DNA of 63,365 bases, filler included, from Saprolegnia diclina VS20 (Eukaryota): the NCBI RefSeq assembly GCF_000281045.1. It is 7 parts of 3 records of this genome, joined end to end, with 100 filler letters (N's around TTAATTAATTAA, not from the genome) between each part and the next. Parts side by side here need not be neighbours in the genome. Positions count along the whole stretch, not along the records: positions 28,947 to 54,590 come from NW_008246131.1; 6 more parts are not named here. The stretch is one strand, 5' to 3'. The notes beneath the pieces are model-generated. The model worked only from the letters and a program-made list of their open reading frames with translations, did no database searches and was not told the DNA's origin. A program made the position numbers and the translations under genes. Below are positions 35,656 through 47,319 of the stretch, piece by piece (the first letter of the stretch is position 1; each line of letters begins with the position of its first letter).

Positions 35656-37807
35656 GATGCTCCGGCAAATGAGATGACGGTGGCTGGCAGGAAAAGACAC
35701 TCGCGCGGCCAAAACCTCCCAGAAAGAGTTCAGCACTCGCAACTTCGACTGTTACTTCGATTTTGACACCAGCAATGGCGACCGGCACAGACCACAGACC
35801 AGCTTTGGCGACCGACGCCCAGAGACGGCGTTGGTGTGGCGCCAGGCAACGACGCTGCAGAACTTGCAGGTGCTTCCTGGTGAATTCAAGGCCGCGGGTC
35901 GCGGTGAGTCATGTAGACGGGTCCATTTTGGCGATCGCACGAACTTGTGTTCGCGCTTCGCTGCCGCCCTTTGGTCACCAGGCGACGACGTGGAATGCAG
36001 AGGTGGGTCACAAGAGTGGGCATCATCCGCCAACGTACACGTTACCGTGTACTTTGTTTAGCATCCGGGGGCTGGTGGTCGGACCGAGACCGCAACTGCG
36101 TTCATTTTGAGGTCAATGACTCGCAACATCGGCAGCTGGATTCACAGCGATGCGGTTGCCCAGAGTGGTCGACGGAAGAGACACACGGTTGCCGCGCGCA
36201 CTCTGATCCGACGCGCCTGGTTTCATGGACCGCGGGAATCGAAGTTGGCGACGTCCTTCGACCTCCCACAACGCATATATGGGCAATCACTTATCCAGGC
36301 TGTAATGCAGCGCTCAAGCGAGGTTTCTACGCCGGCACCGCCGCTGAATTCCCGTGCAGCGCCAGTGGTGCAGCGCTAGACTCTGGCCACGGTCGCAACA
36401 AGTTGCTCGTCACGGTTGCCAATCGCCGTCGAGAGGCCGATGGCCATTCCAACGACCGTCTTGTCCACAAGAGATTGCGTTGGTCATGTCCAACGGCGGA
36501 CCGACCCATATTTTTTCCCAACTTACAAGTCGGTTTTTGGTTATTGAAGAGCTGCGAATAGCAAGCAGGGAGTGCTCGTGCGTTGGTTTTGGCGGGAATC
36601 CAACGACGGAAACGTGGTTTTGGTAAGCCAGCGTTTCCTGGATTTATATACGCGTCGCGACTTGTGCATAGAAACAGATCTGGAAGCTACTACAGATGTG
36701 TACACTACTATGTGATGCTTGGTCCTTGGGTGGGCAAAAGCTCGCTGCCTCCTCGATGGAACAATCTACGTGGAAGAACCGGCCACGAAGGTGTGGTTCT
36801 GCGATCCCAGTGCTTTCACATCAGAGGTCGGCAACTACATCGCTCAGTGTAGCCTGAATGTAGATACGTGCGCACCTCAACACGACTGTATTCCACACGA
36901 CGGTCCCACGACGCCAAGGCGCCAAAGCCAGTGGTCTTGGCCAGACTCGCGATCGATCGGAGGTTGCCTGGCCTCTCACTCCGCCTGCCACGTATGGTCA
37001 CCTCTTCTAAATCGATATCTAAACAACGATTTGACAGAGGTTGTCGCTATCAAAGCGAAGCGCGCCCCAAGATCGACGAACCAACCGCCTTGCGTGGCAC
37101 GAGTCGCAGGACAGAGCTCCTCGGGGCCATGCAAATCGATTCTCGCATTGCCCGATGTGAGACGAGTGTCAGCGTGTTGAGGCTAGTGGTATCATCGCGT
37201 GCACGAGGACTTATGACGAGGACTCATGACTGGGACTTATGCCACACCAAGGGCCAAGCAACCGTTGAACAGACCCTTGGTTCCTGTACTGGCTCCGTGA
37301 CCCGTTGTTCTGGCCCACGTCACGCTTCCGCAACAACTTGTCAGCCGCATCACACTGCGAGGCTATCGCCCACTACAGTCTGTACCATGACCAGCTTGGT
37401 GAGTTCGGTGCAAGTCTCTTCAACGCCCAGCGTGTCACGCGCATGACCTGCGCATCAGGACAGCACGGTGGTTTCCGGGTCTTTCTCGCCCAGCGACGAT
37501 CTTCTGCTTCTGACAGGGGTCCATTGTCCTACATCGGAGCGACACTCTGTGCATCCAGCAAGCTTGCAGCACAATCGGGCAACGAGGTTGATCCGCTCCG
37601 AGATTTTAACCAATGGCATCGCGTTGCGCACCAAAAATTGGCCAATGGCCTTGCGCAATACGAAATTCATTGCCGCAGTGTCTCATACAATGTAAACGTT
37701 TAAATGCCCTCTGGAAACACCTTGGAATTGTATGGGATCACAATCGCGTGCAAAATAATACGCCTCGCCACGCAGCCGGTGAGGGGCAGAAAAAGTCTGC
37801 GTCGACG

Positions 37808-40800
37808 ATGCTCAGCCGCGGCCGGTCCAAGAAGGCGTCCGCGACCGTCGACGACCTCACGCTGCTCGTGACGCTCGATGAAGCCACGATCCTCCATGCG
37901 CTGCAGCGGCGCTTCGAGCACGACGAGATCTACACGAGCACGGGCGCGATCCTCGTTGCCATCAACCCCTTTGCGCCCATGCCCCACATCTACGACGAGC
38001 ACACCAAGGGCTTGTACATTGAGCACGGCAACCGAAGGGTCCACGGCGAGAAGCTGCCCAAGCTGCCGCCGCACATTTACGCGGTCGCCGACACGGCCTT
38101 TCGCGATATGAACAAGGACACGTGGGTGGACGCGTCGCTCGCCAACTCGAACGTGCTCGATGCGCTGCGCGCCGAGGCGTCGCCCACGATTGCTGTGCAA
38201 AACCAAAGCATCCTTGTGAGCGGCGAGTCGGGCGCGGGTAAGACCGAGACGACCAAGATCATCATGAACTACCTCGCATCGGTCTCGTCGGCGACGACGC
38301 AGAATGGCCACGCTGCCGAGCGAGAGAACGTGCGCAACCGCGTGCTCGAGTCCAACCCGATCCTCGAAGCCTTTGGCAACGCCCGGACCAACCGCAACAA
38401 CAACTCGTCCCGCTTCGGCAAGTTTATTCGCCTCGGCTTTGCCAAGGACGGGACGCTCCTCGGTGCGTCGATCGCCACGTACCTCCTCGAACGCGTCCGG
38501 CTCGTCTCGCAGTCGATCGGCGAGCGCAACTACCACATCTTTTACGAGCTCTTACGTGGCGCGTCGCCCGACGAGCTCGCTGCGCTCAGTCTGACACATG
38601 TCGAGGACTACAAGTACCTCAACCAGACGCAGTGCGTGGACCGCAAGGACGGCGTTGACGACGGCGACCAGTACACCAAGACGCGCCACGCGATGACGAC
38701 GATCGGCATGTCGGACGAGGAGCAGCGCAGTGTGCTCGCGCTGGTGGCCGCCGTCCTGCACCTTGGCAACATAACGTTTGTCCCGCTCGACGGCGAGAAC
38801 GAAGGCTGTCGCATCTCAAACGAGAGTGCACTGGCGTCGGCGAGCTGCCTCCTCGGTGTCGACAAGGCCACGCTGCAGAAGAACTTGTGCAGCCGCGACA
38901 TCCGAGCTGGTGGCGACGCGATCACGGTGCTGCTCTCGCCCGAGAAGGCCGAGGTGACGCGGGACGTCATGGCCAAGACCATTTACTCGCACCTCTTTGA
39001 CTGGCTCGTCGACCGCATCAACGTCTCGATCGGGTACGTTCCGCCGACGGAGGAGCGCTTCATCGGTGTCGTCGACATCTTTGGCTTCGAGATCTTTGCG
39101 ACCAACTCGCTCGAGCAGCTCTGCATCAACTACGCCAACGAGAAGCTCCAGCAGCTCTTCTCGCAGTTTGTCTTTGAGAAGGAGCAGGAGGAGTACGTCA
39201 AGGAGGCGATCCCGTGGACGTTTGTCGAGTACCCCAACAACGACGCGGTCGTCACCATGTTCGAGTCGGTGCGCCCGATGGGCCTCTTTGCGCTCTTGGA
39301 CGAGCAGTGCAAGCTCCCGAACGGCAACGACGTGAGCTTGTTCACCACGTACTTTGACAGCTTTGCGTCGACGCCGCACCTGCATGTCTCCAAGCTGCAG
39401 CGCGGCGTCCAGCTCTTTGTCGTTGCGCACTACGCCGGCGCCGTGCCGTACGCCGCCGCGGGCTTCTGCGAGAAGAACAAGGACCACGCGCACACCGAGG
39501 CGGTCGGGTACCTCGCGTCGTCCTCGACGCCGCTGCTCCAGACGCTCTTCACGGCCTCCGCCGGCTCGAGTGCTGTGACCAAGCAGCCGTCGACGGTCGT
39601 CGCCAAGTTCAAGTCGCAGCTCGCGAGCTTGCTCTCGCTATTGCATTTGACCGCGCCCCACTTTATCCGGTGCATCAAGCCCAATGACGCGGCGTCGTCG
39701 ACCGACTTTACCGTCGACCGCGTCGCCGAGCAGCTCCGGTGCTCCGGTGTCCTCGAAGCCGCCAAGATCTCGCGCACGGGGTACCCTATCCGCTTCCCGC
39801 ACGCGGCGTTCGTGCACTCGTACCTCTGCTTGACGCCGTCCGTGGCGCTGGACAAGGAGAACCTCCGGGGCACCGCGTCGGCGATCGTCGCTGCCTTCCG
39901 CGCCGGCACGTTCCTCCAGCCTCCGAACGCACCGCCGATCCAGTTTGCGAACGAAGGCCGCGACAATTTCCAGGTCGGCTTGACCAAGGTCTTTCTACTT
40001 CTCGGCGTCTACACGCAGCTCAACGAGGTGCGCGAAGCACTCTTTGGGAAGGCCGTCATCACCATGCAGCGCGTCGTGCGCGGCTATTTGGCCCGTGTTG
40101 TCTACTGTCGGGTTCGGGCCGGGGTCGTTCGCCTCCAAGCTACCTTCCGCGCAAGACGCCAAGCGCGTCACTACGAGCGTCTGCGCGCCAGTGCGATCGT
40201 CGCCCAAGCTGCCATTCGCCGGTTCCTCGCGCGCCGCCGGTACCGCAAGGTGCAGCGCGCCGTGCTCACGCTGCAGTGCGCGATCCGCTGCCATCTCGCC
40301 CGCAAGCAAGTCCAGGCCAAGCGGTCCGTCGCCGCGACCATTCGCCTCCAGTCGATCATTCGCATGCACCAAGTGCGCATCCGCATCCGGCCGCTGCTGA
40401 ACGCAGCGCGCGAGGCCGCGGCAGCCAAGCGGGCGGCCGAGGCAGCGGCGCTGGCGGCCGTGCCGGTGCTCCCGACGCGCACCCGCCCGGCGCGAAGTGT
40501 GTTTGTGGAAGAGTTTAGCGAGTCGGACTCGGACGACGACGACTCGATCTCGTTCGTCGACCGTCGCAGCACGCGCCTCTCGCTCGCGGCGTCGACGACC
40601 GCGTACTCGGTCATTGTCGAAGCGGGCGGCAGCCTCGGGGTCACGCTGGACGTCAGCAACGGCGACGTGCTCGTCCACCGTGTGCACCCGACGCTGAGCA
40701 CGACCGCCGACGTGTTGCAGGTCACGGCCGGAGATACGCTCGTGTCGATCGACGGCCGCCCGCCAATGGTGCCAACCTCGATGCCAATCTCGGTCGGGGG

Positions 40801-41506
40801 CTGCCGCCGCTGCTTCTTCTTTCCGCCGGTCGCGCACCCGACGCTGTTTGAGTTTGAAAAGGCGGCGTCCGGCCTCGTGCGCGTGGCCTCGAGTACGACG
40901 TCGTCGGCCAAGTTGTACGACGTGCTCTGGCTCGAGGACAAGAGCCTCGGGCTCGCGCTGCGCCAAGACGCGACGACTGCGCGCTGTGTGGTGACCAAGA
41001 TCTCGGCCTACCACAACCCCGGCATGGTCAACGTCCACGAGCAAGATGTGCTCCTCGCCATCAACGGCAATGCTGTTGGCCAAATGGAGTTTCCGGTCAT
41101 TTGCGACCTCCTCGCCCAAGCGTCGCGCCCGCTCGTGCTGAGCTTCGAGTCGAGTGTCCGCTCGTATCACACGTCGTCCGTGACGCTGCTCAACGGCGCG
41201 GTGCTCTTCCACGTCATCTGGGACGGCGGCCGCCTCGGCGTCGCGCTCAAGAAGAACGCGGCGAAGAAAGGCCCATTCCCGTACGTGGCCAAGGTCCAGG
41301 CCGGCGACTCGGTGATCGGACGCTTCAACGCCAAGCGGTCGCCGCTCGGCATCAAGGTCTCGCGCGGCGACAAGCTCGTCAAGGTCAACCACCAGAGCAT
41401 CCGCGACGTGCCATACGAGAGCCTCCTCACGCAGCTCCGGGCCGGCGCCAAGCCCATCATCCTCAGCTTCCTCAAAGGCAAGAAGACCAAGACCGTCGTG
41501 GCGTAA
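37808..41506 (+). CDS. Myosin heavy chain paralog (motor, ~5 IQ, three PDZ-like tail domains), intronless
   Basis: GESGAGKT, NNNSSRFGK, DIFGFE and HFIRCIKPN. IQ motifs MQRVVRGYLAR, LQATFRARRQAR, AQAAIRRFLAR, LQCAIRCHLAR, LQSIIRMHQVR. PDZ-like SLGVTL..GDTLVSIDG, SLGLAL..DVLLAING, RLGVAL..GDKLVKVN. ATG at 37808. Confidence 0.93.
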   Translation: MLSRGRSKKASATVDDLTLLVTLDEATILHALQRRFEHDEIYTSTGAILVAINPFAPMPHIYDEHTKGLYIEHGNRRVHGEKLPKLPPHIYAVADTAFRDMNKDTWVDASLANSNVLDALRAEASPTIAVQNQSILVSGESGAGKTETTKIIMNYLASVSSATTQNGHAAERENVRNRVLESNPILEAFGNARTNRNNNSSRFGKFIRLGFAKDGTLLGASIATYLLERVRLVSQSIGERNYHIFYELLRGASPDELAALSLTHVEDYKYLNQTQCVDRKDGVDDGDQYTKTRHAMTTIGMSDEEQRSVLALVAAVLHLGNITFVPLDGENEGCRISNESALASASCLLGVDKATLQKNLCSRDIRAGGDAITVLLSPEKAEVTRDVMAKTIYSHLFDWLVDRINVSIGYVPPTEERFIGVVDIFGFEIFATNSLEQLCINYANEKLQQLFSQFVFEKEQEEYVKEAIPWTFVEYPNNDAVVTMFESVRPMGLFALLDEQCKLPNGNDVSLFTTYFDSFASTPHLHVSKLQRGVQLFVVAHYAGAVPYAAAGFCEKNKDHAHTEAVGYLASSSTPLLQTLFTASAGSSAVTKQPSTVVAKFKSQLASLLSLLHLTAPHFIRCIKPNDAASSTDFTVDRVAEQLRCSGVLEAAKISRTGYPIRFPHAAFVHSYLCLTPSVALDKENLRGTASAIVAAFRAGTFLQPPNAPPIQFANEGRDNFQVGLTKVFLLLGVYTQLNEVREALFGKAVITMQRVVRGYLARVVYCRVRAGVVRLQATFRARRQARHYERLRASAIVAQAAIRRFLARRRYRKVQRAVLTLQCAIRCHLARKQVQAKRSVAATIRLQSIIRMHQVRIRIRPLLNAAREAAAAKRAAEAAALAAVPVLPTRTRPARSVFVEEFSESDSDDDDSISFVDRRSTRLSLAASTTAYSVIVEAGGSLGVTLDVSNGDVLVHRVHPTLSTTADVLQVTAGDTLVSIDGRPPMVPTSMPISVGGCRRCFFFPPVAHPTLFEFEKAASGLVRVASSTTSSAKLYDVLWLEDKSLGLALRQDATTARCVVTKISAYHNPGMVNVHEQDVLLAINGNAVGQMEFPVICDLLAQASRPLVLSFESSVRSYHTSSVTLLNGAVLFHVIWDGGRLGVALKKNAAKKGPFPYVAKVQAGDSVIGRFNAKRSPLGIKVSRGDKLVKVNHQSIRDVPYESLLTQLRAGAKPIILSFLKGKKTKTVVA

Positions 41507-41966
41507 AGACGCTCTACTTAACCTATGTCATACACCGTATACCGATCCCCACTCCATGATGTCGACGTGCCTGGGCCTGTATGAGAGCACGAGACAGGCC
41601 GCGGTTGCGCCTCGCTACCTGCTTGTTCAGCGGCGAATGCGCCATCATCGGCTGGCATCATCTGCTGCGATGCGCATGGAAGGCGATGGGCCACGGCAGA
41701 TGTCGCCGCCATGGCGTCGCCAAGCATCGTCCTCGTCATGCGGAGGACGTCGCCGGTACGTGCACCAGCGCGCGAGGTGCGACATCAAGCAGCGGCCGGC
41801 GACGGTTGATGGCCACGGATCGATCGCGAGCTTCCACGATTCTTCTGGGCCCAGCGACAGCGCAATCACCGAGGACCCCTACCCGCGATGACAAAGCAGC
41901 CAATCACAGCGCTGTATGAAGTTACGCCCGTTCATGCGGATGCAGTTCAGATCCCGTCCTTGCCCC

Positions 41967-43646
41967 ATGCCACCGCTCGGCGACCACTGCCCGCTCCTCC
42001 CGTCCACCTTGGCCTCGACGCCGACGTCGGCGACGCTACTACCGCCGCTGCTATCGGCGCCGCCGCGACTACCGCCCTCACTACTACACACGCCGACGGC
42101 GGCGGCGGCGGCCGATCTCCGGAACTGGCTTCTGCACCACCAGGTCGACCTCGACCGCGTGGCGTTTGGCGCTGGCGCCGTCGCCCAAACCGCCTTGACC
42201 AAAGGTACCCGCGTGCGCACATCGATGGTACACGAGGCTGAAGCATACGATTAGGCGCCACCTCGCTCGCCGTACCGTTTGCGCTGACCATGAACGTGCA
42301 CTCGGCGCGGTCGTCGGACCTCGCGCCGCTGCTACAGCGCGAGTCGACGCTCCTCGACAACGAAGTGCTCGTCTTGCATCTCGTGTACGAGCGGCTCAAG
42401 GGCGACGCGTCGTTTTGGGCGCCGTTTCTGCGGTACCGACGTGACGAGCACCGCCGACGTCTCATGCTGCACCGTATGGCGTAGGAGCCTTCCGGCGAGC
42501 TTCGACACGCCGATTTACTGGTCGCACGCCGAGTTCCACGAGCTCAAGGGCACCAACGTCGCGATGCTCACCAACGTGCTTCGGCAGCAACTCGTCGCCG
42601 ACTACACGACCATCTACCACCGGATCTGCCTCCGGTACCCGCAGATGTTTCCGCTTGACCGCGTCTCGATCGGCGACTTCAAGTGGGCGCTCAGCGTGCT
42701 CTCGTCGCGGGCGTTTGGTATCACCAAGGACGGCGAGTACCTCCAAGTGCTCTGCCCGGGCCTCGATCAGCTCACGCACGACGTCAACCTCCACGTCCCC
42801 CTCGACGAAGTCATTGTGTTTGACGCGTCGACGCAGGTACCTTGCCATCTTTGTACATTGAGGCTACATATCTCGTAGACTCTGGAACACCATGTGCATG
42901 ACGCTGTCGCGGCCGGGGCGCCGCTCACGATCAGCTACGGCCCGTACTCGAACGCCAAGCTCCTCTGCGCCTACGGCTTTGTCGTGCCAGGTCCATTTTC
43001 TTTTTCTCAACAGCAACTCAAAACCCACATTGTGCAGGCAATCTCAACTGCGGCATTGACTTTTGGCTCGACATTCCGCGCTCGGACCGCTACTTTCGGC
43101 TGAAGAAGGCGCTGCTCGACTCGAACGCGCTCACGGCGGCGCAAACGTACGACTTTGAGGGCACGCTGCTCGGCCACGCGGTCTCGGAGCGGCTCCTCGC
43201 GACCGTCCGCATCATCCGCATGCACGAGACGGAGATCGACGCCCACAACAACGTAAGCCTCTCCGTTCTGAGAGGGTGGGTGCTGAGGACAAGGAGTAGG
43301 CGTTCAAGAGCCAAATGATTTCGCGCAGCAACGAGATGCTCGTGTACGACAGCCTCATTGCGGCCTGCCGCCAAAAGCTCCAGTCGTACACGTGCACGTA
43401 CGTCCGACTTGATACACTGATAGTGCGTGACGTGGCACGCGTAGGCTCAAGCAAGACGACGCACTACTGGCGTCGGGCATGGCGATGGGCAACCGGCTAC
43501 AGATGGCGCTCCAAGTGCGCATGGAGGAGAAGCGCGTGCTGGTTGAGACGATTGAGACGCTCAACCAGTGGAGTGACTACCTCATGATCAAGCAAGACAC
43601 TGACACGCTCGTGTACCCGCCCCACGACGTCACCATGGCCTTGTAG
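41967..43646 (+). CDS. SET-domain methyltransferase (Rubisco LSMT/SETD3-like), divergent copy; start uncertain
   Basis: LVYERLKGDASFWAPFL, FKWALSVLSSRAFG, VLCPGLDQLTHD and ISYGPYSNAKLLCAYGF. Intron positions match the neighbouring paralog. Stop TAG at 43644-43646. Confidence 0.82.
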
Positions 43647-43893
43647 CTTTAGTATTTATCCGCCCCGCTGCTCTTGAAGTGGGGCGGTACCCTCCGCAAT
43701 TTCAGTACCAGTAGTAGTAGAATGAAGTAGTAAGAGTTAGTCGACTCCTAAGATTAATATAAAGATGCATGCGAACCAGTGGGTATCAAAGTAACCCTAC
43801 CCACTACTGTGGCTTCATGTCCACCCCGCACAGAGGTCGACAGCAGATAGACGAACGATAGTGTCCAGGCGATAATTAGGTTTGCGTTTAACC

Positions 43894-45411
43894 CTAAACA
43901 ACAACGACCGAGGGCGGGTACGCCGTCGACGACTCGTCTTGGTGGAGCAGAAATTCCTTCCACTTGGAGAGCGTCACGATCGTGTCTTGGAGCGTGCGCT
44001 TGTCCTCGATGCGCACTTGGAGCGCAAACGTCAGGTACACATTGTTGTTGGTGCCCGCGGCCAGCAGCTCTTCGTCTTGCTTGAACCTACGGGCAACTTG
44101 AAACATTGATACTTTTTCAGAGGCGGTGTACGTGGTCGTAAACGTCTGCAGCTTGCGGCGGCACGACAAGATCAAGTTGTCGTACACGGCGAGCTCGTTG
44201 CGGCGCGTAATCATACGCCCTTGAAAGGCCTAGGCATGTCTGAGCCTCCTCAACCGCTCGCAATGTGGTACATACGTTGTTGCGGTGGACGATCTCGGTC
44301 TCGTGCATGAGGATGATGCGCAGGGTCGCGAGTAGCCGCTCCGAGACGCCGTTCCCGAGCAGCGTGCCTTCAAAGTCGTACGTCTGCGACGCCGTGAGTG
44401 CGCTTGCATCGAGAAGCGACTTCTTGAGCTTGTAATATGGGTCGGACGCCGGAATGTTGAGCCAAAAGTCAATGCCACGGTTGGGGTTCCCGGGCACGAC
44501 AAAGCCATACGAGTAGAGCAGCTTGGCGTTCGAGTACGGGCCGTAGCTAATGTTGAGCGGCGTGCCGGCGCGGCAGGCTTGGTGCACGCGGTGGCTCATG
44601 AGCTACAGGCATGTCGTTCGGAGAATGGCGAGTGATGAAGAGGACCGACCTGCGTCTTGTCGTCGTAGTTGACAAAAGCGTCGAGCGGCGCCGTAATGTG
44701 CACGTCGTGGTTGAACATGTCCATGGCCGGGCAGAGCACATGGAGGTACTCGCCGTCCTTGACGACGCCAAACGCTCGGCTCCAAATGACGCTGAGCGCC
44801 CACTTGTAGTCGGCGACCGAGAGGTTCTCGCTCTTGAAGAGCGACGAGTACCGCTGGAAGATGGGCCGGTGGATCGATGTGTAGTCGGCGATGATCTGCT
44901 GGCGCATCATGCTGCCGAGGAGCGCGACGTTCGTGCCTCGGAGCTCGTTAAAGATGGCGTCGGGCCAGAAGATGGGCGTGTCGAACGTCTGCGGCATGCT
45001 CCTACATAGGCGATGGTATCGGATGGAAAGCCATCGATGCGTACCGAATGAACGGCGCCCAGAACGACGCGTCGCCCTTCTGGCGCTCGTACATGAGATG
45101 CAGCGCAAGAATCTCGTCCGGCGGGAGGCTCAAAATGTGATCCTGCTGAAAGATCGGCGCCAGGTCCGAGGTTAGCGCCGACTGCACGTTCATCGTGAGC
45201 TTGAACGGGATGTCGATCGTGTGTTCACCTACCGAGCATTCGTCAAGGCGGCGGCGGTCACCTACACTGTACCTTGGGCAAAGTCCTTGGCCGCGACGAC
45301 GCCATGGCCTTCGCCAGGGCCGTAGTAGACGATGTTGAAGTGCTGGAGCGAGACGCCGTGGCTGCTCAGCCACGCCTGGAGGTCGGCGACCACGGCCTTC
45401 GAGTCGACCAT
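43894..45411 (-). CDS. SET-domain methyltransferase (Rubisco LSMT/SETD3-like)
   Basis: GEGHGVVA, MYERQKGDASFWAPFI, YKWALSVIWSRAFG, VLCPAMDMFNHD and ISYGPYSNAKLLYSYGF, followed by a substrate-binding-like C-terminus. ATG at 45411. Confidence 0.88.
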
Positions 45412-45872
45412 TGGGGATATTCGGGATTGCGCAGTCTCGGACGATTGACCGCCAAGCTGATTGCGCAACGCCACCAGTTTGGCCCGGTTATCCGGATAAC
45501 GGTATCCGGATATGACGTGGCACGGCTAGAACGAGTAGGCGGGAAGTAGCGGCCATTTGCGCTCCGTCCTGCAAAGGTGACGGTGGGTGCGTCATGACTC
45601 GTATGTCCTGGCTGTTGCACCAAGGTAGTCCTAGCTCGAAGATTGCTGGAAAGAACCGCCAGCTCTCAGCTCGTAAGACGGTGTGTTCCGAGAGCATCCT
45701 CCTCCGCGAAGTAGCTTGCGTTGACCATCGCGTTGACAGCTGCCACCGTCACGACGTATGTACCACGGCAGGTATTCTTGTGGTCCTTGGCGTTGACAAG
45801 GTGGGTCCTTATGCTGCGTCTGCCACATGGCATAGATAGCGTTCACGTTGGGACGGTCCAACGGTTACGAAG

Positions 45873-47182
45873 CTAGAACTGCAGCGCGCGTTGGGTCGGC
45901 ACGTCCACATCGTCGTCGTCGTCTGCAACTCGCTGCGGATCCGAGCGCGCATGCCAGCTCAGTCGCTCGATCGAGCTCGTGACTTGGCGCAGCCGCGCGT
46001 CCGACGACGTCGTGCTCGGCGGAGTCGTCGGCCGCGCCGAGCTCGTCAAGTCGTACTGCAGCATCGGTGTCGGTGGGCAGAGCGGCCCTGCTTCGTCAGA
46101 TTCTTGTGTCGGGTCTCGCGCCAACTCGGCGGTTAAACGTGCAATGTTGTCGCAAAGAGCGGACCCAGCGAGCACGTGCAAGTGGCTCTGCTCCACAGCC
46201 GACGCCAGTGTCGAGGTCGCTCGGGGCGAGAGTGAGGCGGCTCCGCTACGGCCCTGGAGCGTGTTGTGTAGCGCTTGGATTGCACGGGTGGTGGCCTCAA
46301 GCGCGCCGAGGATGCCGCCGGCGTGCTTGGACTGCAGCACCGGCGGTGCTCGTGCGTGCGCCTCGACGGTCTGGAGGACGCCGGCAAAGTCATGGACGGG
46401 GCACTGCGCCAAGGCGCTGTCGACGTCGCGCCACTGCTGCAGTAGCTTCTCGAACGTCTCTTGCCGGTCGCGATGACCCGTCTCGGTAAGCACCCCGGGC
46501 GGAACGTGGTCCTTCCACGCAGCGTACTCGGCGAGACGGTGGCGCTACGTGCGCTTCGATTTCGTCTCCTGTAGCATGCACAGACAGCCAGCAGTACCTC
46601 TTGGTCTTGGATCGCGGCCATGTCGCGTGTGATCTCGTTTGCTTTGCGTTGCCAGGCGGCTTGCAGGCGCCGTCGGCGGTGGGTCGCGGCTTCAATCTGA
46701 CGGGTCTTCATTGCGACCTTGGCTTGGAGCGTCTGAAGGAGCTGCGCGCTTTGAAGCGTTGGGCTATGCAGCGATGGAGCCCCGGCAAGCGACTGCATGG
46801 CGATGGTGGAGAGCCGCCACAAGAGATCAACGGCGCGTGTCGGTTGCGTCGCGATCGCCGCCAGCCTACGCAATGGTCATGGCCTGTTTTGCCGACTGCG
46901 GCAAGCGCACCGAGACATGTTGCTGCTGCCAATGGGCAGTCGCTTGGTGAGCACGAGCGGCTCGAGCTGCTGCTGGAGCAGCTTCTTCAACGTCGTCTTG
47001 GTGCTGGGCGTGAGCGGGAAGAGCGTGCGGGCTGTGGCCTCAAAGCTGGCGTCGCACTGCAGGCAGAGGAAGTGCAGTGCGCAGAGTACATCTGTCTCTG
47101 TTGGCGCCGTCAGCTGCAGCCCGCCATCGTACCCGAGGAGCTGCAGGTTGCGCCGGAGCAGGTCCGCTTTTCGTAGCGTCAT
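45873..47182 (-). CDS. HAUS6: HAUS augmin-like complex subunit 6 N-terminal-like protein
   Basis: LRRNLQLLGYD...LCALHFLCLQCD...FP...LLWRLS resembles the HAUS6_N pattern and is followed by coiled-coil segments. Short introns. Confidence 0.55.
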
Positions 47183-47319
47183 GCTACTTGTCGCGGCAAA
47201 TGCCACGTCTCGAGTGCCGAAACCAAGAAAAATGCCACCTTAGACAATCGAATCTCAGAGGGAATATCGCTTTGTAGAGGTTGACGACAGAGTCGATCTT
47301 GCGCAAGCCGCCCCACGCC

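Noticed and set aside
35700..37800. Short ORFs in the 2-kb spacer between the myosins (e.g. 36719-37180, 36868-37446)
   Set aside because: No recognisable motifs and atypical codon usage, so a gene cannot be supported.
43660..43687. GC hairpin CCGCCCCGC...GTGGGGCGG between the convergent SET genes
   Set aside because: The stem is only 9 bp, with no U-tract and no Helitron-type CTRR end. Bacterial-type terminators are not relevant in this eukaryote.
13848..47182. Possible cytoskeleton/flagellum gene cluster (IFT54, calcyphosin fusion, myosins, HAUS6, XPO6)
   Set aside because: The genes are interspersed with unrelated housekeeping genes, and the sequence gives no evidence of co-regulation.
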